Origin: a virus
Strand: one strand, 5' to 3'
IMG/VR virus record: IMGVR_UViG_3300005253_000055
Length of the DNA: 64,000 nucleotides
Shown: positions 56,101 to 62,259 of the stretch, one piece after another
Position numbering within the stretch: the first letter of the stretch is position 1
Layout: each line of letters starts with the position of its first letter
Translations under genes and position numbers: made by a program
Notes under the pieces: model-generated
Databases searched by the model: none
What the model was told of the DNA's origin: nothing
The model's input: the letters and a program-made list of their open reading frames with translations, nothing else

Positions 56101-57983
56101 GCAATATTGAGTTCATTGAGATATTTTCTGGAAACCAGGTTATTCAACTGATCATGACTTACTACATTATATAGTAACTTTTGATCTTCCTCGGTTGGCT
56201 TTAGTTTGTCGTACTCTGTCTGTATAGACTTAAGATCTACCTTGGCTTGTTTAAGTTGCTTTGTTAGATCTGTTTTTTCCTTCTTCTTTGCTTGCTCTAA
56301 ATTCTTTTCTAAGATTTGAATTCCTCCTTTTACTCCCATCTCAGTACGGAGAAGCTCCGCTGCCAATACTCCATCGGCACTCAACTTACTTATGTCCAGA
56401 GACTTAAGACTTATATCCGCCATTTGTTTGCTGACCTTTCCATTCTGGGCTAGTAACTGTTCATTTTCAAACTGCCTTCTAACAAGAGAATCTGTTATCT
56501 TAGGGCCATGCTTATTTATACTAGCATCCCACAATTGACCTATTCTCTTAGTATTAGCTATAATAGTATCAATTGATTGGATATACTCAGGAGAGAAATC
56601 AGCTTGTTCCTCTTTAGGAGCAGTCTTAAGGATACTGAGATCTTCTACCATCTTGTCTATCTCTCCTAGTGAGGCATTCTTGAGAGCTAGTTCTGCCATC
56701 ATCTGATCTCTGGTAAACTCTGCGTTATAAGGATCATCAGTCTTTAACGATTCTACATAGGCATTATTTGCTTGTATGAAGGATGCTTGTCTAGTATTAA
56801 TTGCATCTATTCTAGCATCGTCATAAGACTGTTCACCTGGCTTTACTCCACGCTCAAACAGTTTTTGCTTTAACCCTCGTCCTGCTGTCTGCATAACACC
56901 AGCACCGATAGCACCAAAGAACATAGCAGTGTGCATCTCAGGTTCTTTAAGATACTGTCCTATTCTATCATGAAACTCTGAATCTTCTGCTAATCCATTC
57001 CTAAGATCAGCTAGGTATTTACTCTCTCTTGCAACTACGTATTGATAGCCTTCTTCAAAACCTTCACCAGCCATATCAATTCCTATTGCTGTTGCCATTT
57101 TCCTTCTACTAACTCCTAGTGAACCTATATCCCCCACACCCTTAGATGTTTTTGTTGATCTAGCAGTAGCCGATTTCCCAATACCTCTAGATAGTAACAT
57201 GTACTGTGGTATGTCTTGAAGAAGCATAGCGTAGTTAGCTATGTATGAAGTATGCGCAGCTTCTGAAGCAATTGATCTAGCCTTATCCTCATTTCCTGTT
57301 TTCCTAAGAGCATCATCATAGGTCTCTTTCCATGTCTGACTAGCTTCCATCATATTCTCCATATGTCTGGAAATAGTAGCCTGTGCAATAGGTTCGGCAA
57401 ATCTCATAACTCTGCCCATCTTTGTGCCTATTCCCATCACCTTTCCTAATGCGGCAAGTCCTCTCGTAGCTCCTACAGCTGGTAACATAAGAGATATAGA
57501 ACTAGCTATACTTGAGCCATTAGCAGCCCACCATTCAAAGGATAGAGGATGAAATCCACCTGGATCGTGCTCATACACGGGAGTAACTTCCTTAGCTCCT
57601 TCCCTGAGCCCCTTACCTATATCTGATAACCAATTACCCCACTCATCATTTTGTCCTTTAACTGTCTCTGCTATTTCTTGAAAGTCTAGGAGATAGCCTA
57701 TACCTTCTAGTGTTCCACCAAGGAGTTCCCCTACAATAGTTTGATTAGCAAATCCCCCAAGTTCACTTAAGAAACCCTGTTGTTCTGCTCTGAATATTCC
57801 TCTATCTCCGGCGGTAGGTAGATATCCTACATCATATCCAGATACATCTCCCCTATAACCTAAGGGGTCAAAGTCATTAGTAGGAACACTAGAACTTCTC
57901 TTACCAAATAAAGCTTCTTCATTCTTCTCCTTATCTTCAACTAAAGGAGTAGAACTTCTTTTACCAAATCCAGAATCTTGCAT
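44193..57983 (-). CDS. giant virion-type RNA polymerase polyprotein (two-barrel RNAP with ART-like and metallopeptidase-like modules)
   Basis: Uninterrupted 4,596-aa ORF. TLVGYRIPGHGKNSMIPLRIVRILPESMGKVILVPGEITTQMGTDFDMDKVFLM parallels the beta-prime segment ...NRAPTLHRLGIQAF...NADFDGDQMAVH. TAATG coupling to the upstream gene. Confidence 0.75.
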   Translation of the reverse strand: MQDSGFGKRSSTPLVEDKEKNEEALFGKRSSSVPTNDFDPLGYRGDVSGYDVGYLPTAGDRGIFRAEQQGFLSELGGFANQTIVGELLGGTLEGIGYLLDFQEIAETVKGQNDEWGNWLSDIGKGLREGAKEVTPVYEHDPGGFHPLSFEWWAANGSSIASSISLMLPAVGATRGLAALGKVMGIGTKMGRVMRFAEPIAQATISRHMENMMEASQTWKETYDDALRKTGNEDKARSIASEAAHTSYIANYAMLLQDIPQYMLLSRGIGKSATARSTKTSKGVGDIGSLGVSRRKMATAIGIDMAGEGFEEGYQYVVARESKYLADLRNGLAEDSEFHDRIGQYLKEPEMHTAMFFGAIGAGVMQTAGRGLKQKLFERGVKPGEQSYDDARIDAINTRQASFIQANNAYVESLKTDDPYNAEFTRDQMMAELALKNASLGEIDKMVEDLSILKTAPKEEQADFSPEYIQSIDTIIANTKRIGQLWDASINKHGPKITDSLVRRQFENEQLLAQNGKVSKQMADISLKSLDISKLSADGVLAAELLRTEMGVKGGIQILEKNLEQAKKKEKTDLTKQLKQAKVDLKSIQTEYDKLKPTEEDQKLLYNVVSHDQLNNLVSRKYLNELNIAENSEVMVMLKEDITKKQLAARKEVADYLNEQFENFNELSVADRSKLLTEARNKIQSAKIAEASRESMLKRLESKEKATEQAVKEEAARIKSEREKKKATTKERVKKDLEGTKPETLEELKKETTSEEAQEAIDELVEEHVSPTEVPLTDTELIEQGYIKEYDEGGVQLWKHPETGNVIDITTEETLEQKEKLLKEITDREQEMVEEGLGIITGEDIEIVAPQIEDALERSQETAPDTYEPKTKPETSSTTVLTSGGYYKNEGEFYDKKIVLANGEPIVANPEEEINWDIIASPNLPLGTVVELELVKEGESKWWDEHKEEFKGEEWNQHPIFVVIKESGIRAAKLAGNKEVEGESINLGRKELYRRLQAGEKVEMRTTTKDNQNHRDYSKVVGNANIMTVPRANISITTLQTQWVPKKGNKFELESVPLTILTTKGSQFAEGTKIELDKSNLSDEKMISDLGAVYLEGGPEMSKQGLIYTAFMSPSGIYKALQLHTSFLSDDAVDTAINLLRKGDITELEHILFTDSAIETRDNKFFLQVREGTEGMFILFNDTTSAGKGGKGEVIKIDQEELTKVKGTVYPQKYDEETEKFISSKAISTYPIEQNLRNFLKNKRYNVRKDLINSVGKYKSRVTFDDTYDSYINYLTSSKEHPAGGILLTNAVNKNGSIYQDIQLLLEENIGKPSDITLGEAPLEKEEPADILGPEGDFNTVFSLQFSVSSQAKEDLLRTINSAFLDEQKKIAAEGRVESPLITYERIRNGLLSNAILDAKTGNNLGVDEAKKVYDSIKSFTVPSLKIMQTSKGVRLSKNFFLFRHIYENWNTSEQPYGNLPPEGRGWREEAERQLKEFGHRVRYDDVEAADDPERYEKDHLIGSHLEESMKDKLSGQVKLFLSTIKTDQESYLSTPEKKQYNYLPFNELYSDVLQITTTSRKLEDAIFRLTSSKLEKLRKVGEALRRKSEVSSPEYDPRLMADFYRNMMLVSNEFMGFIEKETYEDDTKTVTVRSYNSNASRPEGRILERWRGNAKDNLFIKGENLEYEVDQRQVQKLETLLPLLEDRAKVIEDLSEVLKRAPVLQEFLEIIGADISQENLELALETGVEADGSYYSGANLYRYIIGIGETYGFSKLVTDLKNGQNIYDVDISILTRPISVQKNFESNTTDSYINEEGKTVYPINMPSTLDRVFEEFKKEGSSFVEMYDKDVWYNPTGNRLYKSIFLDQILEQPEFRRILRKYQFSAYKRKGEIEAKKTFANLNEIDETVLRYNAFVNGAAPNVMHIAFPLFADRSKLLFAVVPRLSMKDSLKHNTYTMGVRAMLMSYFYQDIAKMQREKRTPSTYKNYTENSQQFTLLPFLNKSKTAQQIRKMVEDMTAKQIEVELATDANKNLMGDLQKEINQFIENELTTELARLDNLKINKKSVSPDWRKLYPADKNTDPWREMVRDYVISDIIVKNELRRLIAGDLAFYTDYDNFNKRAATLTTPGMETLELSDLNDSYGDKRTYTTSILKDVFKEDIETLDGLEKIIPTTTEEAAKVIAPYRKEPGNPNRKGANKTDSMGFISLDKHRHKMEGQGTWLDEHEAAYKNYQAGGEFVTPDGIRPLLNPIKTIYDGFHLDVDNRVVRVVDKHVVFPLLREFTKASPAFEKLRLAMEEQGIDEVNMESARKVGLDLSGIKDINDDLSNWKTVELETRFQRIPQIVPENDKPVMMSTQARKHIISNMLSDEVGGKKGQWTQGYILGGKKIGGEELFDLYHNVTEQLVGRSLDDLNKQLGYTKEIVTETPFPNSITQETYYHGSNSPDIKNFDLSLQGKAHEGRGINFALTREDAKVYGTHIYEVKLNISKWVTTDAEAKTKTTYGIKDVDEIVVYHPDQVQIIKEEIKGLEEKEKFYTNLGRVIKRSIEERDLPENYERALNIIKTENDVTFELPLAFPAYQKRFEQIILSLFKKNVINQTINGASLVQIAELGGVQEEKGTKELGFVRNKDGKVIGAEVALPYKLAQKLGITNIEGIPGELRTLVGYRIPGHGKNSMIPLRIVRILPESMGKVILVPGEITTQMGTDFDMDKVFLMMPNAKVEYTTKTGEKWNPMGNFAATLEKQGYKFDSSESHILSRLMHTPESAKDIALEYPEKFKGHFALSVQYALSKLESEKQRLGATNPTITKIEYNTEDLEDNTREGLENLIIDINTSILTNPAHLEEMLESVDSSVLTEAANKLRPKKSKGNPFANVNSPGTEIEMSIRNKAASRGISTYASALKGQTIGQYARSDGGLRLQGNFTVIVDGEKYTKLNRVKDTNGRLITDNLSIRLSAALDNTKDPVLGSINDNEFTTPVINLLLRLGVVNVASSEWEAAANNLAVLLTNQPVILELTTKYLRGDNTPANLKSLIEKLGGRTDRLYNIDTEVLARNIGKEISEAEGQMELLSTFYFLHIAGRKLVEVNRVFSSDTPGTINTIAAIEARDDLIDSVTNGTPVEEREGRKRRNDIITGVEGVLDGRDYPMTSTFNGVINAAKDFSTQFFPFTRDGLTNIKRRMVSHLNKDNLTADQMNLINNDSFLWLMTIEGGPLQGLFTEKKVQELLVGTNSIDIQLQKVKELPAMKDNRLLARLLPHRDNMDRDNRYNTVSVERGYGLSQREQDDLTIAFREILKNSETKEFGKNLIHYTILSKGMTPTVDSIIDLVPIEVWSDPQYSFTQESMADYFRDSMIQFEKEQVFGEPFMEQFIENNAHVKDLVPYGGSYEDTSKSFIAKRGSSKTYLPGLGVTTDWPGAMVAFDRGLNKRVLLKKLNDQGLFKRVKIITDSYKLKNYNIHEDRDNRIIFSLRTNTVATRRRQKGEMNLQTFFNTTDFLSADEDIQLLIDKLREEVDFREGTFEVNTEKVKGERADALAYLRERSMVVREDLGIEEFTLALTHEAVHYATMPLLSRDGQYSAEVVDMLDRVKKADRFPADHQGLSSPEEFITAAYSDRNFQRQLSYIEGKKENTTIWSEFVDLMIKALNTVLGVDISGSVLEELFGKTQEAMNRQEGKIAPESDELRYAVFATRDNQISRQLDVLQKVIDSLKHKLAIYKRQIGEGKSHASLVKLREQLERRLEEVQYKEGILEYTRFANAQAGAVIEDLDEIEAAAGTPREKLVKLEKLLDYASSFGLIEEGFKEMYGEFGEEGLKIDRQYRDKYISPVLKAVQDVQSIYREVALENSVEFLFPYTRDVNLTKEDLRNSLNSIGEDITEGMHRVGAMVSSVDPILALTAKAVERKRAIIAKSMNSFVHGELQKQSEALRKYKKSQGVSEFNYRKFYDFMLIKQDGELTGDYIIPGTSEFKKLAKEEQEFITFFNKFYGSAQEKLPAIYRKGNQLIPILKPTQERLSEGQGPLSVMKHELRLASQITEENTEYAIERRDGQDRPFKLVPVKYVSTVGGENGMDTNAISLDMVSNLVRFMTMSRNYSAMSSIAPDLHAVKYLVGMRTVVDSKGSIKTVTPEGAPAPKQSPINPRTSNAYRRISSYLDMVVYGEYKEFEGDLFGTKINKAKVLDTITRSTALLQLGFNLSAGINNMTIGQFMNSIMTAGGLFYTGADYRWATKEYIKLLPEFMSDTTKRFTESTFGRYMEAYDIYQTFDEFGNPLKEESILKRLNMGASMFMINMGEHTMQTQLALSLAKSHRIEGGKIYSFMDWAEKHNKPMDKANKKVFNELPDVYSSISKKDDGSILVEGGILSKDLYEFAGRIKELYRHLHGNYNKKDTTVWQRTVLGRMSMLFRRWLAPGWDARFGREKFAGKTVFNEAIGANLPGRYVVTKNFLMEVVQDYKRLGGIVAASSKNWNEMPAWRKMFIQQTIKEGVLMLGTLIFVTALSSLEAGDEPEEGTVKRFFWDLAVYQAYRLNSELWFFINPIEAGKILRTPMATISVVEKLGKGIYSMLPAVTFDGIEWQRYEKGDKKGRWKGDKILDVVPLWNQIRGLKHLEERINYMKTF
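47184..47426 (-). other. zincin-like HExxH metallopeptidase module inside the giant ORF
   Basis: LALTHEAVHYATMP (H3539-E-x-x-H3543; codons at 47355-47369), with SPEEFITAAY 41 residues downstream. Confidence 0.45.
49908..49922 (-). other. DxDxD catalytic metal-binding motif (D2688, D2690, D2692)
   Basis: The minus strand reads GAC TTC GAT ATG GAT, encoding DFDMD. Confidence 0.7.
50475..50740 (-). other. ADP-ribosyltransferase-like module (H-Y-E pattern) inside the giant ORF
   Basis: YYHGSNSPDIKNFD...GRGINFALTREDAKVYGTHIYEVKLNI...VDEIVVYHPDQVQII, with H2421, Y2457 and E2491. Confidence 0.5.
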
Positions 57984-59728
57984 TACTTGTTTTTAGTTTT
58001 GTATACGTCTAGAATGTCTGATAGTAGATCAGCAAAGTTACTATATTCTAAGTTATAAGTCTTTCCATCAAACTCTTCAATAAAGTATCCACTTGTCTCT
58101 ACTTGACCTTGTGAATTTCTTCTTGTCTTCTTTCGTCCCTTTATCTTCATTTCGGGAAGTACCTCCCCCTCATTAGTTATACCAGGAGTAGTATCAAATA
58201 GATTAAACAGGGAAGTAGTAGCTATGTTTTGAACTTTAGGACTTGACTCACTCATAACGTACTGCTTCTGTCCTGTACTAGTACGTATATTAACTACATT
58301 TCCATCTAGTATAGAAGGGTTATCAGCTATATTTCCTAAATAGCTAATAGGATTAAGTCCTCCTACATAGGTAAGATCTTCTAAATCAGAATAGAGTTCG
58401 CTTCTTTCTTCCTTCCTCACCTGTTTAATATTGCTAAGATCATCTATTTCAAAGAGCGTCCTTTGTAAAAAAGCAGCAGTTAATTCATCCTCCTTGTTTC
58501 GTCTAATTGCTGGATCACTTGTACCAATGATATAATTTTGACTAACTCCAGGAAGTACATCCTTTTGATACTGATCCCACATATCTAGCATAGAGGAGCT
58601 AGTATAATCAAAGTTTTTAGGTGCTTCTTCTCCTGTCATTACTCTAAATACTTCAGAACTCTTATCTAAGTATTCCTTATTAAGTTTTATATTACTCTCC
58701 TGTTGAACAGTCTCATCAAATTTTCCTCCTATACTTGTATCAGCAAGAAACTTTGAGTACTCAGTAAGTGACTCTACGTCACCTTTAAACTGAACTGCTG
58801 ATCTAGGATTAAACCCAAACTTAGTCTTAATGCTAGGTTTTACTGGTATATCCCCTAAACGTTCTAATGTCAAAGTACTTGGATCCCCTGGTTTCTCTAC
58901 TCTATTCAGGAAAGAAGGAAAAGAATAGGAACTTATATCATTGCTACGAACTTGTCTGGAAGCTACACCCTGTAAGTAGGTCAGTACACTCATCTCTTTT
59001 TCCTCTTCTGTCATCTGTCTTCCTAACTGTTCCTCATGTACCCTCAGAAGTTGTTTTCCTTCATCTGAATTTAAGAAGTGAAATATAGACTGTTTAGCTC
59101 TCTCATCTGTTCTGGCCTCTGTTACTCTTCCTGTATATCTTCCTGTTCTTATACCAGCAACAGCATCATCAAATAATGAAACTAATTCTGGTGGCATTTC
59201 CCCGCTCTCCCCTAATATCTTACCTAAAGACTTTTCTGCCTGTCCTAACCAATCTAACTGTTGCTGTCCCCCAAATCGTCCAGGTATATATCTACCAGTC
59301 TCGGGATTAATAGTAGTTGTTGGATCTCCTGTATCAAAGAGTAGACTTTCACCTGCAAAATCAGCCTGTTGTCGTAGTTTCTGTGCCTGCTTGTAGTTTG
59401 CGGAAGTCTGGGCAAGGGCTAGTAGTCGGGGGTCACTAACTAACTGCCTAGTCAGTCCTCGTGCCCTTGTTTGAAAGTCAGGATTATAAAGACCTCCCTT
59501 GGAGGAGTCTATCAACTCCCTATATGCTTGATCAACCCCCCCTGCGATCTCACTTCTCAGTTCAACGTCCCCAGGAGCTACATCCAATGTACCGAAGTAA
59601 TCAAGGATAGTTTGCTCTTGTTCAGAATTTTTTGCGTACCTATTCTCCATTGTTCCGAGTAGGTTACCAAATTGATCCACAGGCTGCTCTTGACTAGCAT
59701 ACTGCGTTGGTCTAAATTGTAAAGGCAT
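57983..59728 (-). CDS. virion-module protein, function unknown
   Basis: 581-aa ORF, translationally coupled (TAATG) to the giant gene. Confidence 0.65.
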   Translation of the reverse strand: MPLQFRPTQYASQEQPVDQFGNLLGTMENRYAKNSEQEQTILDYFGTLDVAPGDVELRSEIAGGVDQAYRELIDSSKGGLYNPDFQTRARGLTRQLVSDPRLLALAQTSANYKQAQKLRQQADFAGESLLFDTGDPTTTINPETGRYIPGRFGGQQQLDWLGQAEKSLGKILGESGEMPPELVSLFDDAVAGIRTGRYTGRVTEARTDERAKQSIFHFLNSDEGKQLLRVHEEQLGRQMTEEEKEMSVLTYLQGVASRQVRSNDISSYSFPSFLNRVEKPGDPSTLTLERLGDIPVKPSIKTKFGFNPRSAVQFKGDVESLTEYSKFLADTSIGGKFDETVQQESNIKLNKEYLDKSSEVFRVMTGEEAPKNFDYTSSSMLDMWDQYQKDVLPGVSQNYIIGTSDPAIRRNKEDELTAAFLQRTLFEIDDLSNIKQVRKEERSELYSDLEDLTYVGGLNPISYLGNIADNPSILDGNVVNIRTSTGQKQYVMSESSPKVQNIATTSLFNLFDTTPGITNEGEVLPEMKIKGRKKTRRNSQGQVETSGYFIEEFDGKTYNLEYSNFADLLSDILDVYKTKNK

Positions 59729-59730
59729 AT

Positions 59731-62163
59731 CTATTCTAGTCTATTTCTATACTTAGGTTTAACTCCTGCTAATTCCAGTAATTCTGACTTTGTCATACCA
59801 AGAGACGCAGCTAGTTCATCAGGGTCTGTAGTCGATAATAACTGCAATAGCATTGCTCTTGACTGCATATCCCCTTGTTGAGCATTAGCCACTAAGTTCT
59901 GTATTTCTTGTGAAGTAGCTTCTGTTGCGGATACCCTAGCTGCAACAGCTTGGTTCTGCATCATAGCACTAACTTGAGCAGCTCTATTAGCTTCTGCTAC
60001 ATTTCGTGCTCCTACTTGAGTACCAATTCGTTGTTGTCCTAACTCAAACTGGCCTCTTGCTTGTTCATCTGCAATAGCTGCTGATGTATTAGCATTAACC
60101 ATCTTACCAAATGTAGCTGCTCTTCCCAATGTTCCTGCTGTTCCTGTTACATTAGCCATACTCTCAGCACTTGCTAAATATGATTGTTCATTTCTACGTT
60201 GTATAGAAGGGAGTCTACTTCTGTATCTTAAAGGATTGAAAGATTGATAAGTAGGATCATATCCAGTTTGTAAATTCTTTAAAGCTCGGTTTCTACTAAT
60301 TGCACTAATTCCTACATTAGCTATGTTAATTAGATCTCCTGCATTGTCTTTTGCAAAATTTCCAACTCCCTGACCTATATCACTATTCACAAGATTGAAT
60401 CCTCTCCTTTTAAACCTGCTCATGTTAGCAGGATCTCTTCCTAAGCCTTCTACAGTATCAAATGGAAGAGATGAAGATTGTGGCGCTCCTCCATTAGGAT
60501 CTATTTCATAAGTTCCAAATCCTTTTCCTGTCTGTACTGCTCCTAAATTTGCTACTGGATCTTCTATACCATACTTATATTGATTGGCTATTTGCTGCCA
60601 GTCAGGTATCTCCAATCCATCTTGTCCTTTCTTCTTTAATCTACCTCCGTATTTCTTTTTATCCTTTGTTGGACTAAAAAGATCTTGTAGTTCTTGATTC
60701 CCACCAAAACTTTCTTCATCCTCTACTCTCTTAAAAGGAGCATTCAATCTCTGTTGGTAGTCAAGCAATTTTTGATCCTGAATATTATCAAATATTATCT
60801 TTCGTAAAGAAATCTTATCATCAACAAACAACTTACCTGCATCAAAAGAGGGAGGAATAGATGTAAGGGGAGTAAGCTCTCCACCATCCTGTCTTTTTTT
60901 ACCTCCGAAGTTCTTAGCAAAGTTAGCTTTCTTCACTATAGCAGGAGAGTACCTATCTTTATTTGACATTACTGCATTAGCAGCAGCCTGAACACTATCA
61001 TGACCATGCCTCTTAGCCCATCTAGTAAAGGAACCTCTTCTAGAAGGCTCAATATACATACTTCCTCCCTTCTTCCGTAACGGCACACTACCTCTACTTC
61101 CCATTGGAGCCAGAGGAGTATTAGGATCAAAATCAACCGTAGGTCTATTCAGATCACTATTGAACTTGTTCCACCAATCTTGTACAGGAGTACCAGGAAT
61201 AGTTACAGGCATATTAGAATTCATCATAGGATGACTATACCTATAGTTTAATGCATCTGTTGGATTTATCTGACCTCTCGTTGGAAGCTGATCATAATAT
61301 CCTTTTACTTGGGGAAGTTCTTTACCTACTGTTTGTTGTCTAGCCATTGGATTATTATTAAATTCTGATTCATAAAATCTATCATATATCTCAAAAGGAT
61401 AATTAAGTTGATCTACGTCAATTCCTTTATCTTTTAAAAAAGGAGGATCTATATCCCACTTATCATATACAGAAATATATCTACCCTTTTCGTCCGTTCC
61501 CGTACTAAGTTGATGTTTACCTAGTAAATCGCCAAAAAGAAGACGGGGTTCCTCATAGTTCTCCAAGAGTTCCATATTTGCTTTATACATTTGTCTTCTC
61601 TTTTGAAAGATATTTCGGGAAGGATTCTGTGCAGATTCATAGGCATAATCAAAGGCACCAGGAGTATTCATCCGTCTCTTGGCTCTCTCTTTCATTGTAG
61701 CACCAATCGTATAGTATGTTGCGTCTGGATCTGTTGCTCTTGTGGGTTTGTACTGAGATTTTACTAAGTGACGAGGACGATCTTCTGGAATACCATAGTA
61801 CTTGTTTATAAACTCCTTTCTAGCCTTCTGTACCTTCCTATCAGGAGGAATAAAGAAACCCTGTTTCTTTCCGGCTTTAACTCTATCCACAAACCTAGTA
61901 AGGTCTTTCAAACTCGTTGGGTAACCAAAAGACTGAGCTTCTGCTATTCTCTTTCTTAAATCTAATTCTTCGGGAGAAAATTCACCATCTCCTCTACGAT
62001 TCTTAAAATCTACTAGCGCATTATATAGGTCTACTAAAGGTTCTTTTTTATCTTTTGGTATTAATCCATATAGAAGACTATTAATTGTAGACAGGCGTTC
62101 TGGTGTAAATTTAGGAATTTCACCGCCATCTTGATACCTACGCTGACTTCTTTTATAAGCCAT
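59731..62163 (-). CDS. virion-module protein with repeated basic-QDGxE motif
   Basis: 810 aa; RRYQDGGEIP, KKRQDGGELTP, KKGQDGLEIP; Ala/Gln-rich helical C-terminus. Confidence 0.65.
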   Translation of the reverse strand: MAYKRSQRRYQDGGEIPKFTPERLSTINSLLYGLIPKDKKEPLVDLYNALVDFKNRRGDGEFSPEELDLRKRIAEAQSFGYPTSLKDLTRFVDRVKAGKKQGFFIPPDRKVQKARKEFINKYYGIPEDRPRHLVKSQYKPTRATDPDATYYTIGATMKERAKRRMNTPGAFDYAYESAQNPSRNIFQKRRQMYKANMELLENYEEPRLLFGDLLGKHQLSTGTDEKGRYISVYDKWDIDPPFLKDKGIDVDQLNYPFEIYDRFYESEFNNNPMARQQTVGKELPQVKGYYDQLPTRGQINPTDALNYRYSHPMMNSNMPVTIPGTPVQDWWNKFNSDLNRPTVDFDPNTPLAPMGSRGSVPLRKKGGSMYIEPSRRGSFTRWAKRHGHDSVQAAANAVMSNKDRYSPAIVKKANFAKNFGGKKRQDGGELTPLTSIPPSFDAGKLFVDDKISLRKIIFDNIQDQKLLDYQQRLNAPFKRVEDEESFGGNQELQDLFSPTKDKKKYGGRLKKKGQDGLEIPDWQQIANQYKYGIEDPVANLGAVQTGKGFGTYEIDPNGGAPQSSSLPFDTVEGLGRDPANMSRFKRRGFNLVNSDIGQGVGNFAKDNAGDLINIANVGISAISRNRALKNLQTGYDPTYQSFNPLRYRSRLPSIQRRNEQSYLASAESMANVTGTAGTLGRAATFGKMVNANTSAAIADEQARGQFELGQQRIGTQVGARNVAEANRAAQVSAMMQNQAVAARVSATEATSQEIQNLVANAQQGDMQSRAMLLQLLSTTDPDELAASLGMTKSELLELAGVKPKYRNRLE

Positions 62164-62211
62164 ACTAAGATCTGTTTAAGAATTATTTACGTATACTAAT
62201 ATAAGATATAA

Positions 62212-62228
62212 AGTTGGAGTTTCCAACT
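62212..62228 (-). terminator. hairpin downstream of the 269-aa gene
   Basis: AGTTGGA-AAC-TCCAACT on the minus strand, followed by TTATATCTTATATT. Confidence 0.35.
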
Positions 62229-62259
62229 CTATACCATTTCTTTAATAACTACGTACGGT

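Noticed and set aside
44443-56174. Fourteen short ORFs (61-83 aa) inside the giant gene, thirteen on the plus strand and one on the minus strand out of frame (e.g. 44443-44694, 49105-49350, 51416-51625, 55935-56174)
   Set aside because: They lie antisense or out of frame within an uninterrupted 13.8-kb ORF that has clear protein motifs. Their sequences are low-complexity, Ser/Leu/Phe-rich shadows.
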